This document shows positions 1 to 9,212 of a DNA stretch of 64,000 bases, one piece after another. Position numbers and translations under genes: made by a program. The notes beneath the pieces were generated by a model that searched no databases, was not told where the DNA came from, and saw only the letters and a program-made list of their open reading frames with translations. Source of the DNA: Candidatus Cloacimonadales bacterium (lineage in GTDB: Bacteria > Cloacimonadota > Cloacimonadia > Cloacimonadales > JAFGVF01); the NCBI GenBank assembly GCA_963677495.2, contig CAXXOU010000004.1, forward strand, positions 832,001-896,000. Reading direction: 5' to 3'. Each line of letters begins with the position of its first letter. Position 1 is the stretch's first letter.

Positions 1-828
1 ATATACGAATTCCTTACCAAAATCAATGTGAAAAGGTCTACTATTATTTGTGGGATAGGTGGAGGTATAACTACCGATATTACAGCTTTCGCAGCATCTA
101 CTTTCAAGCGTGGTTGTCGTTTGTGGTTAATCCCTACAACAGTTATAGCTATGGTGGATGCGGCTATTGGTGGCAAAACTGCTGTAAATAATCTCAATGT
201 AAAGAATGCAATAGGTACTTTCTATCCAGCTGAAAAGGTATTCTATTGCTCTGATTTTCTCAGAACTCTTCCATTAACAGAAGGTTTAAATGGTCTATAC
301 GAGATACAAAAGATCTCGTTCATAAACCAATCATTCCATCTTGATAAGTCTGTTTTCTCACGAGGTATCACTCAAGATTTGATTCTTCAAGCTGCGGAAC
401 TCAAGTTCGATATATGTCATCGGGACCTATATGATAAAGGTGAGAGGAGAAAACTAAATCTAGGGCACTCCTTTGCTCATCTTATAGAAGTCTTAACCGA
501 ATACAAAGTCCCTCATGGACTTGCTGTTGGTATTGGGATGAGAATCGCTCTAAATCTTAGCCTCCGTTTGGGAATTATTGATACTAAGACCAATCTGAGA
601 ATCGAATCACAATTAAATCAAATTCCTCTTACAGTATTTCTTGACTCCAATCTCATAGTAAAAATAAAGGAATTGGGAAAGGAAATACTCTTATCCGATA
701 AAAAAGCTACAGATACTCTCAACTTAATCCTATTCAAAGGAGCTGAAGCAGAAGTTACAGTTTATCCTATTTCCTTTTCCGAATTGATAATAAATTCGAT
801 AATAGAGGAAATAGAGAAGTTATGTTAA
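1..828 (+). CDS. aroB: 3-dehydroquinate synthase (5'-truncated by window edge)
   Basis: GGGITTDI, PTT..AMVDAAIGGKT, KNAIGTF, R..LNLGHSFAH..E and HGLAV motifs; frame is open back to base 1. Confidence 0.92.
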   Translation: MYEFLTKINVKRSTIICGIGGGITTDITAFAASTFKRGCRLWLIPTTVIAMVDAAIGGKTAVNNLNVKNAIGTFYPAEKVFYCSDFLRTLPLTEGLNGLYEIQKISFINQSFHLDKSVFSRGITQDLILQAAELKFDICHRDLYDKGERRKLNLGHSFAHLIEVLTEYKVPHGLAVGIGMRIALNLSLRLGIIDTKTNLRIESQLNQIPLTVFLDSNLIVKIKELGKEILLSDKKATDTLNLILFKGAEAEVTVYPISFSELIINSIIEEIEKLC

Positions 829-2537
829 AAAGATTCGTTTCTTATTACAAACCACATATCCACCTGTTTATTCTGGATATGACTGCTGCTATCCTGAGTT
901 CTATCATGGGAGTCTTTTTCCCGATGATTACCAGGAATCTACTTAAGTATTACATCCCTGCAAAAGACTTAAAACTGATATCTACAGCTTTTATATTGAT
1001 GGCTGTTGCCTGGTCGTTCAGAGCAATCTTTAACTTCATTCGTGTCAAATGGGGGCATATTCTAGGTGTTAGAATGGAAGCTGATATGAGAAAACATATC
1101 TTCCAGCACTTGCAAAAACTCTCATTCACATATTACGATAATACTAAGACAGGTCATATAATGTCTCGCATTACAAATGACCTTAACATGATTGCTGAAG
1201 TTGCTCATCACGGTCCGGAAGATTTGATAATCTCTATATTCATGATTATCGGCTCATTCATCTTCATGTTTAGCTTCAATACTAAACTAGCATGGATCTC
1301 TTTGATACCTCTACCTATAATTCTTATATGGGGACTCACTCTCGGACGTAGAATGAAAGCAGGCTTCAGAGATGTTCGTGCTAAGATTGCAGATATGAAT
1401 AGTAGTGTAGAAAACTCAGTTGTTGGCATTAGAGAAGTTAAGTCATTTGCTAAAGAGGATCTGGAAATTGCTAAGTTTGGTGAAGTTAATAGACTCTTCA
1501 AGAAGGCTAAAGAACGTATGTACACATTAATGGCTACCTTCTTTACCGGTATGAACTTCCTAACTGACCTGTATTACGGTACTGTAGTTGCAGGAGGTAC
1601 TTATCTTATTCTCAATAACCAGTTAGATGCAGCTGACCTTCTTAGTTTCATTCTTTATATTAATTTTATTCTAGATCCAATTAAACGTCTAATCAACTTC
1701 ATTGAACAGTATCAACAAGGTACTACTGCTTTCGAGCGTTTTACCGAGATTATGGATATTGAACCCGACATTCAGGATGCACCGGATGCTGTTAAAGCAA
1801 AGGATATTTCAGGTAAGATTAAGTTCAATGATGTTACATTCAAATATGAGGGAACAAAGGACATAGTTCTTAAAAACATCGACCTGACTTTACCGGCCGG
1901 TAAAACAATCGCTATTGTAGGTGAGTCCGGTGCAGGTAAATCAACACTTGTTTCACTTATACCTAGATTCTATGAAGTGGAACATGGAACAATTACTTTA
2001 GATGATAAGAACATTACTGAGTTCAAACAACGCTCTCTTCGTGAGAAAATAGGCATTGTGCAGCAGAATGTGTTCCTCTTTGACACTACGATTAGAGAGA
2101 ATATTCTTTATGGTAATCCTGATGCTTCAGAGGCTGAACTAATAGATTGTGCTCAGAAAGCTAATATTTATGACTTCATTAAGAATCTTCCAGATGGTTT
2201 TGACACACTGGTAGGGGAGAGAGGAGTTAAACTTTCCGGTGGTCAAAAACAGAGAGTTTCAATAGCTAGAGCCTTTTTGAAGAACCCACCTGTACTGATT
2301 TTCGACGAAGCAACCTCATCCTTGGACACAGAATCTGAGTCTCTCATCCAAAAATCTATGGAAGAATTAGCTGTAAATCGTACAACTGTGATTATTGCAC
2401 ACAGATTATCTACGGTAAGAAATGCAGATTGGATCTATGTACTTAGGCATGGTGAGTTGATTGAAGAGGGAACACACGAAAATCTTTTAAGTCAGCATGG
2501 ATATTATAACACTCTGTATACTCGTAACTTATTATAA
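822..2537 (+). CDS. ABC exporter, fused permease/ATP-binding protein (MdlB/MsbA-like)
   Basis: N-terminal TM helices; GESGAGKS, LSGGQKQR, IFDEATSSLD and AHRLST motifs. Confidence 0.92.
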   Translation: MLKRFVSYYKPHIHLFILDMTAAILSSIMGVFFPMITRNLLKYYIPAKDLKLISTAFILMAVAWSFRAIFNFIRVKWGHILGVRMEADMRKHIFQHLQKLSFTYYDNTKTGHIMSRITNDLNMIAEVAHHGPEDLIISIFMIIGSFIFMFSFNTKLAWISLIPLPIILIWGLTLGRRMKAGFRDVRAKIADMNSSVENSVVGIREVKSFAKEDLEIAKFGEVNRLFKKAKERMYTLMATFFTGMNFLTDLYYGTVVAGGTYLILNNQLDAADLLSFILYINFILDPIKRLINFIEQYQQGTTAFERFTEIMDIEPDIQDAPDAVKAKDISGKIKFNDVTFKYEGTKDIVLKNIDLTLPAGKTIAIVGESGAGKSTLVSLIPRFYEVEHGTITLDDKNITEFKQRSLREKIGIVQQNVFLFDTTIRENILYGNPDASEAELIDCAQKANIYDFIKNLPDGFDTLVGERGVKLSGGQKQRVSIARAFLKNPPVLIFDEATSSLDTESESLIQKSMEELAVNRTTVIIAHRLSTVRNADWIYVLRHGELIEEGTHENLLSQHGYYNTLYTRNLL

Positions 2538-2629
2538 TGAGCGGGAAGCGAGTGTTAAAAAAGTTAAAATAAAATGTGTTTTATGCTTGACAGCATAACT
2601 CAGATATAGATGTTGGCTAAACATCACGT

Positions 2630-2708
<79 letters not shown>

Positions 2709-2732
2709 GATATAGAGTGAATTGTAAAAGAT

Positions 2733-2808
2733 GGGCGTTTAGCTCAGTTGGGAGAGCGCCTGCCTTACAAGCAGGTGGTCGGGGGTTCAAGTCCCTCAGC
2801 GCCCACCA
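2733..2808 (+). tRNA. tRNA-Val (TAC)
   Basis: GGGCGTT/AGCGCCC acceptor, CCTGC-CT-TAC-AA-GCAGG anticodon arm, GGTTCAAGTCC, CCA. Confidence 0.97.
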
Positions 2809-2824
2809 TCTTTTATTCCTATAA

Positions 2825-2900
2825 GGGCGTTTAGCTCAGTTGGGAGAGCGCCTGCCTTACAAGCAGGTGGTCGGGGGTTCAAGTCCCTCAGCGCCCACCA
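2825..2900 (+). tRNA. tRNA-Val (TAC), identical tandem copy
   Basis: Same sequence as 2733-2808. Confidence 0.97.
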
Positions 2901-2908
2901 TAAATTTT

Positions 2909-2940
2909 AAGGCTGTTACATTTCGTAACAGCCTTTCTTC
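2909..2940 (+). terminator. Rho-independent terminator after tRNA cluster
   Basis: AAGGCTGTTAC-ATTTC-GTAACAGCCTT hairpin followed by a T-rich tract. Confidence 0.8.
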
Positions 2941-2989
2941 ATTTTATAAACTTTATATTATTAGTACTATGCTTGTGGTGTAATATAAA

Positions 2990-3826
2990 AGGGATTTGCC
3001 TTCGCAAATCCGGTAACCCCGTTTGTCATCCTGAACGGAATGAGGATACGAATGAAGCTGAAGGACCTCTCCGATAACTTTAGTCTCCCAACTAAAGAAA
3101 AGCTCTTTTCCGAAGGAAAACAGTGAAAAGATTTGCAGACTAAGCTCGAGTCCATACGACCATCGGGAGTTCGACTCCAAGCGAAATAACACCATTAAAT
3201 AAGTTTATATTGCCATTATCGCTTGGCGTCGTGTTCGTATCTCACATGGACGCGAGCTTAGAATTCATTCACTTCATTCACTACGCTCAGGGTGGCATAC
3301 ACAGTGCGATTTGCAACAACTTACGGCATTTCAGGGAGTTTGTCGGCCTGATAAGGCAACGGACTTCCTAAAATGCACTTCGAAGTGGCATATTCCTGAT
3401 TTCGTTCTCGCGTCACGCTATCGCTGCAACGCAAGTCCGAGGTTGTGTGACATGACAAACCGACACAGTCGGTTAAGTCCATATATGGACTGCATCAACT
3501 GTGTAGATGCAACTGCAAGATGACCCAGGAAGAAGTGATTCGCAAAGAAGTGGGAATCGCTAATTCCGGTACGCGATGTCTGATTTGTTCTCGCATCAAG
3601 CTATCGCTACAACGCAAGTCCGAGTTAATTCCTTCGAAGTACAACCATTCGCAAGGTCATTCGACCATTCCGAAGGTTTTCGGTAGTTGTCACCTGTCCG
3701 TGACTGTCCTTGTATGTCCTTGCAAGTCTGTGCTTGTGCCTATTGTGCAAGTCAATTCGTTCTCGCCCCACACTTCGTTGCGGCCTGTCGGGGCGTAGCT
3801 TTCAAGCGAAGACTGATGCAAGTCCA
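2990..3826. repeat. Mosaic of multi-copy palindromic (REP/MITE-like) modules, locus 1
   Basis: Segments recur elsewhere: 2990-3110 ~ 31067-31183; 3143-3183 ~ 8619-8659; 3297-3440 ~ 60466-60610 (reverse complement) and 31541-31680; 3455-3483 ~ 50244-50272; 3756-3783 = 31644-31671. Confidence 0.85.
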
Positions 3827-3871
3827 CAAAAACATTTGACAAACAATCCCACACAAATATAGATGGCTTAA

Positions 3872-3987
3872 TTCTGTTTTCGGGGCTGGGTGAAATTCCC
3901 GACCGGTGGTACAGTCCACGAGCCGAAAAGGTTGAATTGGTGAAATTCCAATACCGACAGTTAAAGTCTGGAGGAGAGAAAACAGTT
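3872..3987 (+). promoter_or_regulatory. FMN riboswitch (RFN element)
   Basis: CTGTTTTC...GGGTGAAATTCCCGACCGGTGGT...AGTCCACGAG...GGTGAAATTCCAATACCGACAGTTAAAGTCTGGA..GAGAGAAAACAG directly upstream of the rib operon; TTGACA at 3836; weak hairpin plus T-tract at ~4001-4025. Confidence 0.95.
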
Positions 3988-4025
3988 CTTAACTCGTTCC
4001 AAGCCCCGGTGCGAGGTTTTTTATT

Positions 4026-5114
4026 ATGTGCAAAAAATTTATGAAACGTGCTCTGGAGCTTGCCGGCAAGTTCGAAGGGCAGACAAGTCCCAATCCGATG
4101 GTGGGGGCTGTCCTTGTGAAGGATGGTGTTATTATTGGGGAAGGGGCTCACGAAAAAGCAGGTCAACCACATGCTGAGGTTAATGCTATCAGAAATGCAA
4201 CCTGCTCCCCTAAAGGTTCTACACTTTACGTAACCCTGGAACCCTGTTCCCATTACGGGAAAACTCCCCCTTGTGCTGATTTAATCATAGAATCTGGTGT
4301 CACTGAAGTCTATATTGCAATGACTGATCCCAATCCACTTGTGAATGGCAGAGGGATTATGAAGATGCAGAAAGCAGAAATCACAGTTCATGTGGGTATG
4401 TGTGAAGAGGAAGCAAAACAGCTTAATGAACAGTTCATCTGTAATGTTACTAAGAAGCGTCCATTCGTTAGCTTGAAGTCCGCACTTAGTCTTGATGGCA
4501 AGATTGCAACTTCAACTATGGATTCGAAGTGGATTACTAATGAGTTATCTAGGACTGAAACACATAGGATTCGTAACATCCATGATGCAATCATAATTGG
4601 TAAGAATACTTTCCTAAGCGATAATCCATCAATGAATGTACGTTTTAATCAAAAAACTGGGCAAGAGCCTGATAAGATTGTTCTAGCCGACTCATTCTTG
4701 GGTGATAGAGAGTTTGTTGAAAATTGCAATGCTTACAAAACTCTCAATGGCAATAAACTCTATATTGCTTTTCCTGAAAGCTGTGGGGATGACAGTTCTG
4801 AGCTTGAAACTCTGGATTCAGTTGAGTTGATTAGGTTCAATTCTCTCGATAACTTAATGAAACAGCTATTCGACCTGGGTGTAATGAGTGTCATGCTTGA
4901 AGGAGGCTCAGGATTGTATAATAGCTTTATCAAAGCAAACTTAGTCGATAAGTACTATCTCTTCATTGCACCTCTGATTCTTGGAAACGAAGGTATTGGG
5001 TGGAGTGGAGATCATGGCATAAACAAAGTGGAACATGCGAAACGCTTGCAAAATACTACAATAAAACAATTTGAAGATGATACATTGCTAATCATCTATC
5101 CCGAGGAGAGCTAA
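4026..5114 (+). CDS. ribD: Bifunctional diaminohydroxyphosphoribosylaminopyrimidine deaminase/reductase
   Basis: PNPMVGAV, HAE, TLEPCSH..KTPPC, SLDGKIA and EGG motifs. Confidence 0.95.
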   Translation: MCKKFMKRALELAGKFEGQTSPNPMVGAVLVKDGVIIGEGAHEKAGQPHAEVNAIRNATCSPKGSTLYVTLEPCSHYGKTPPCADLIIESGVTEVYIAMTDPNPLVNGRGIMKMQKAEITVHVGMCEEEAKQLNEQFICNVTKKRPFVSLKSALSLDGKIATSTMDSKWITNELSRTETHRIRNIHDAIIIGKNTFLSDNPSMNVRFNQKTGQEPDKIVLADSFLGDREFVENCNAYKTLNGNKLYIAFPESCGDDSSELETLDSVELIRFNSLDNLMKQLFDLGVMSVMLEGGSGLYNSFIKANLVDKYYLFIAPLILGNEGIGWSGDHGINKVEHAKRLQNTTIKQFEDDTLLIIYPEES

Positions 5115-5755
5115 TGTTTACAGGGATTATAGAAGAAATCGGTAGAATAAAGAACTTCATAGAGGGCTCTGATAACTGTGTTATAGAGATCTCAGCCGAG
5201 AAGGTCTTAGAGGACTCAAAGCTGGGAGATAGCATCTCTGTAAACGGTATATGCTTAACGGTTACATCTCTAAGCTCAGAAAGTTTCACTGCTGACGTTA
5301 TGCCTGTAACAATTGAGAAGTCTTCATTAAAAGGCATTAGTACCGGAATGGAAGTTAACCTTGAAAGAGCTTTAACTCCCACAACCAGAATGGGTGGACA
5401 CATTGTTTCAGGTCATGTAGATGCTGTGGGAACGATTATCTCAGTTCTACCTCTTGGTAACGCAGTGTTGTACTCAATAGCAGTGAATTCGGATGTAACT
5501 AAGTTCATGATACCGGAAGGCTCAATAGCAATTGATGGGATTAGTCTAACAATAGCTGAGTTGAATGGAAGTAGTTTCACTGTGTCAATCATACCGACCA
5601 CGTTGGAGGAAACAGTTTTGAAGAACAAATCAGTTGGGGATATCGTAAATATAGAGAGTGATGTGATTGGTAAATATGTCTGGTACCAGACAAATAATAA
5701 ACAAAATGAAAGTAAGATAACTAGGTCATTTTTAGCAGAAAATGGATTTATATAG
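5114..5755 (+). CDS. ribE: Riboflavin synthase (alpha chain)
   Basis: MFTGIIEE N-terminus, GDSISVNGICLT, VNLERAL, GGHIVSGHVD. Confidence 0.95.
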   Translation: MFTGIIEEIGRIKNFIEGSDNCVIEISAEKVLEDSKLGDSISVNGICLTVTSLSSESFTADVMPVTIEKSSLKGISTGMEVNLERALTPTTRMGGHIVSGHVDAVGTIISVLPLGNAVLYSIAVNSDVTKFMIPEGSIAIDGISLTIAELNGSSFTVSIIPTTLEETVLKNKSVGDIVNIESDVIGKYVWYQTNNKQNESKITRSFLAENGFI

Positions 5756-5768
5756 GTTAGGAGTAGAG

Positions 5769-7004
5769 ATGGAAGAGATTAAATTAAACACAATCGAAGA
5801 AGCATTAGAAGATATAAAGAACGGTAAAATCATCATTGTAGTGGATGATGAAGATAGAGAGAATGAGGGTGATTTCGTAATGGCTACGGAGCTTGTCACA
5901 CCTGAAGCAGTGAACTTTATGATTACTCATGGTAAAGGATTGGTATGCGTTTCAATGCCGGAGCAGGAACTTAACAGATTGAACATCAATCTCATGGTTT
6001 CTAAGAACTCCGATTCTTTTAAAACAGCTTTTACTACATCAATCGACCACCTTTCAACAACTACAGGTATTTCAGCTCATGAGAGAGCAGAGACGCTTAA
6101 ACAGCTAACTAATCCTGATTCCAAACCTGCTGATTTCAATAGACCGGGGCATGTATTCCCATTACAGATACAACATGGTGGTGTTTTAGCACGTCCGGGA
6201 CACACTGAAGCATCTGCTGATATGGCTAAGATGGCGGGATTATTCCAGTCAGGTACTATCTGTGAAATCGTGAATCCTGATGGTTCAATGGCACGTCTTC
6301 CACAGATAATGGAATATGCTAAAGAATGGGAAATGAAGGTAGTTTCAGTAGCTATGTTGATAGAATACATTAAAAAGAATGAGATAAAACTTTATTCAGA
6401 AAGGAAATATGATGCAAGATTGCTTGCAGAATCTACACTATCGACTGCCTTCGGTGACTTTGATCTTTATGCATTTGATAACTTTGGTTCTGAAGAACCT
6501 AACCTTGCTTTAGTTAAAGGCAATCCTGCAGAATTTGAAGGTGATGTTTTAGTACGAGTACATTCAGAATGCTTTACAGGAGATATCTTCGCTTCCAAAC
6601 GTTGTGATTGTGGAGCTCAGTTACATGAATCCATGCGTCGTGTTCAAAAAGAGGGACAAGGAATGATTATCTATCTCAGACAAGAGGGGAGAGGTATCGG
6701 ACTTGTGAACAAAGTGAGAGCTTATAGATTGCAGGAGAAGGGTTACGACACAGTTGAAGCTAACCACAAGCTTGGTTTCGCTTCAGATCTTCGTGACTTC
6801 AAATCAGCAGCTGATATCTTGAAGTTCTTCGGCGTAATCAATATCAGGCTCATGACAAATAACCCTTTAAAAATAAAAGATTTAGAGAAATACGGTATCA
6901 AAGTAAAACGTCGTGAAGCGATAGAGATACCTGCTCATAATGGCAATCATCATTATTTAAAAACAAAGAAAGATAAAATGGAACACATCTTAGAGAAAGT
7001 GTAG
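5769..7004 (+). CDS. ribBA: Bifunctional DHBP synthase / GTP cyclohydrolase II
   Basis: [39 protein letters not shown]; start taken at ATG 5769 behind AGGAG. Confidence 0.95.
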   Translation: MEEIKLNTIEEALEDIKNGKIIIVVDDEDRENEGDFVMATELVTPEAVNFMITHGKGLVCVSMPEQELNRLNINLMVSKNSDSFKTAFTTSIDHLSTTTGISAHERAETLKQLTNPDSKPADFNRPGHVFPLQIQHGGVLARPGHTEASADMAKMAGLFQSGTICEIVNPDGSMARLPQIMEYAKEWEMKVVSVAMLIEYIKKNEIKLYSERKYDARLLAESTLSTAFGDFDLYAFDNFGSEEPNLALVKGNPAEFEGDVLVRVHSECFTGDIFASKRCDCGAQLHESMRRVQKEGQGMIIYLRQEGRGIGLVNKVRAYRLQEKGYDTVEANHKLGFASDLRDFKSAADILKFFGVINIRLMTNNPLKIKDLEKYGIKVKRREAIEIPAHNGNHHYLKTKKDKMEHILEKV

Positions 7005-7015
7005 TGGAGGATAGA

Positions 7016-7480
7016 ATGGCTAATATTATTGAAGGAAAACTGATTGGTAAAGGTTTAAAGTTTGCGATTGTATGCGGAAGATTTAATGAGTTTATTTCAT
7101 CAAAACTGCTTGGTGGAGCTATGGATGCTCTTGTTCGTCATGAAGTTGGTGAAGCAGATATTGATGTTATTTGGGTACCTGGTGCTTTTGAGATGCCATT
7201 GGCCGCTTTGAAAGCTGCTAAAACAGAGAAGTATGATGCGATCATCTGTCTTGGTGCTGTAATCAAGGGTTCAACACCTCATTTCGATTATGTATCTGCT
7301 GAAGTAAGCAAAGGTATCGCTAAAGTTATGATGGATTTCTCTATCCCTGTAAGTTTTGGTGTATTGACTACAAACACTATTGAACAGGCAATCGAAAGAG
7401 CAGGAACTAAAGCCGGTAACAAAGGCTGGGATAGTGCAGTTAGTGCTATCGAAATGGCTAACTTACTCAAACAGGTTTAA
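7016..7480 (+). CDS. ribH: 6,7-dimethyl-8-ribityllumazine synthase
   Basis: RFNEFI, VPGAFE, LGAVIKG.TPHFDYV, GNKG; ATG 7016 behind GGAGG. Confidence 0.95.
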   Translation: MANIIEGKLIGKGLKFAIVCGRFNEFISSKLLGGAMDALVRHEVGEADIDVIWVPGAFEMPLAALKAAKTEKYDAIICLGAVIKGSTPHFDYVSAEVSKGIAKVMMDFSIPVSFGVLTTNTIEQAIERAGTKAGNKGWDSAVSAIEMANLLKQV

Positions 7481-7527
7481 AAGATATTCGGGGTGCACTT
7501 GATTGTGCATCCCTCTTTGGTTTAACT

Positions 7528-8250
7528 ATGATATTCAATAGAACAGAGATGATATTCGGGAAAGAAGCTGTTGCCCGTTTCAAACAGGTTAAAGTTGCTG
7601 TCTTTGGTCTGGGTGGAGTTGGATCATACGCTTGCGAGAGCTTAGCAAGAAGCGGATTCAGCAGGTTCGTATTAGTCGATTTCGATACAGTCGATAGAAC
7701 CAATATCAACAGACAAAACATAGCCCTGCATTCGACAATTGGTAAGGCAAAGACAGATGTAATGATGGAACGCTTGTTGGATATTAATCCTGATTGCGAG
7801 ATAGAATTTTATAATGAATTTGCTGATATTAATACACGCAATAAGATGCTATCTAATGGTGTAGACTTTGTTGTTGATGCAATCGATAGTTTAAACCCGA
7901 AAGTTGGACTTCTGGAAGATGTCTATAACCTTGGAATCCCAATTATAAGTTCAATGGGAGCAGGTAACAGAATAGACCCTTCTCAAGTAAGACTAAGTGA
8001 TCTTTTTGAATCTCAAGGATGTCCTTTAGCTTCTCGAGTTCGAAAGTATCTCAGAAGAAGAGGCATTTCAAGCGGTATCCCATGCGTTTATTCATCTGAG
8101 AAACCGGTTGAGCTTAACCTGGAGTGCAATGCAAAGAGCGAAGTATCCAGAGGAAGAGCTCGAGTCCCTGTCGGTTCTGTTTCCTATATGACCGCAATCA
8201 TGGGATTGTGGGTGTCATCTTATGTAATTCGTACAATAGCGAATAGATAA
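7528..8250 (+). CDS. tcdA: tRNA threonylcarbamoyladenosine dehydratase (ThiF family)
   Basis: GLGGVGS, D.D.V..TNINRQ, DAID, SSMGAG..DP, CPLA..VR..LR, VYSSE. Confidence 0.88.
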   Translation: MIFNRTEMIFGKEAVARFKQVKVAVFGLGGVGSYACESLARSGFSRFVLVDFDTVDRTNINRQNIALHSTIGKAKTDVMMERLLDINPDCEIEFYNEFADINTRNKMLSNGVDFVVDAIDSLNPKVGLLEDVYNLGIPIISSMGAGNRIDPSQVRLSDLFESQGCPLASRVRKYLRRRGISSGIPCVYSSEKPVELNLECNAKSEVSRGRARVPVGSVSYMTAIMGLWVSSYVIRTIANR

Positions 8251-8283
8251 GTAAGGTTTTTTGGCAGAGAGTTTACCTCCTCT

Positions 8284-9118
8284 CGCTCTGAAAGAGTGAT
8301 TGTTTAATAGCCCCATGCGTGAGCTTGAGGTTGAAATTCGTTATAATGATTAGCCCTGTAGGGGCGTAAGAACTATTTGTTTGTGATATTACGCACCTAT
8401 ATAGTTAATTCTGCTCCCATGCATCTCTCTACTCTCAGCAGTAATCAGTGATTTCAAACTGACTTTAACTTGGTGATAGGTTGGTTAATTCTTAGCAATT
8501 AGGCCAGGAATAGGCCAAGTGTTTGCCAAGGGTTTACCAAGTGTTTCGCAGGAATTACTGCCGAGATATAAAGGAGATAAAAGAGAAGATGTAATTCTTG
8601 GGTTGGCAAGTTGTCATTAGCTCGAGTCCATTCGATTGAAAGGAGTTCGACTCTATGCGTTCTTTACAGCTTTCGCTTTGCATATGGCTATTTGAACTTA
8701 TACCTCTTCGAGGTTGCATATGTAACAACGTACTGCGACTCTCCTGAGTTGCTGTGACGACGAAGTCGGCAAATTCCACTGACGGGAGATAAATATATAA
8801 TAGTTAACCGGGAGGATTCCAGATTTCCAGTTGACTTCCGGCAAAGTATTTGTTCCGTAGGGGCACAACAACTTGTGCCCTATTTAGCTGTTTATGTTTC
8901 TGGATAAATCCATATCTAAACGTATGTTGTGGATACACCTTAGGGCTTAAGTTGTTAAGCCCCTACAAAAATACTTATAACTCTTCAAGCTATGTGCAAG
9001 TGAGGACACTCGCACTACGTTTTAGCCCTATATGGGCTGAATATGAATAGCCCCGGGTTTTGTGAACCCGGGGTCAAGTACACCCAAAAGACCTTTCGAA
9101 CCCTGAAGGGGTTCAACA
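8284..9118. repeat. Mosaic of palindromic modules, locus 2 (includes a GTAG-REP doublet and an 11-bp phased array)
   Basis: 8284-8400 resembles 9024-9118 in layout; 8469-8552 phased CTTGG/CCAAG; 8730-8783 ~ 31926-31979; 8857-8966 inverted REP pair; 8988-9021 ~ 32060-32093. Confidence 0.8.
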
Positions 9119-9212
9119 ATCTTATCGGATGAATTAAGCAATTTAAACAACTTTTCCTTGACTTCTATAATTAGCTGTGTTAATGCATATCTAAATCATA
9201 AAAGAGGGAAAC

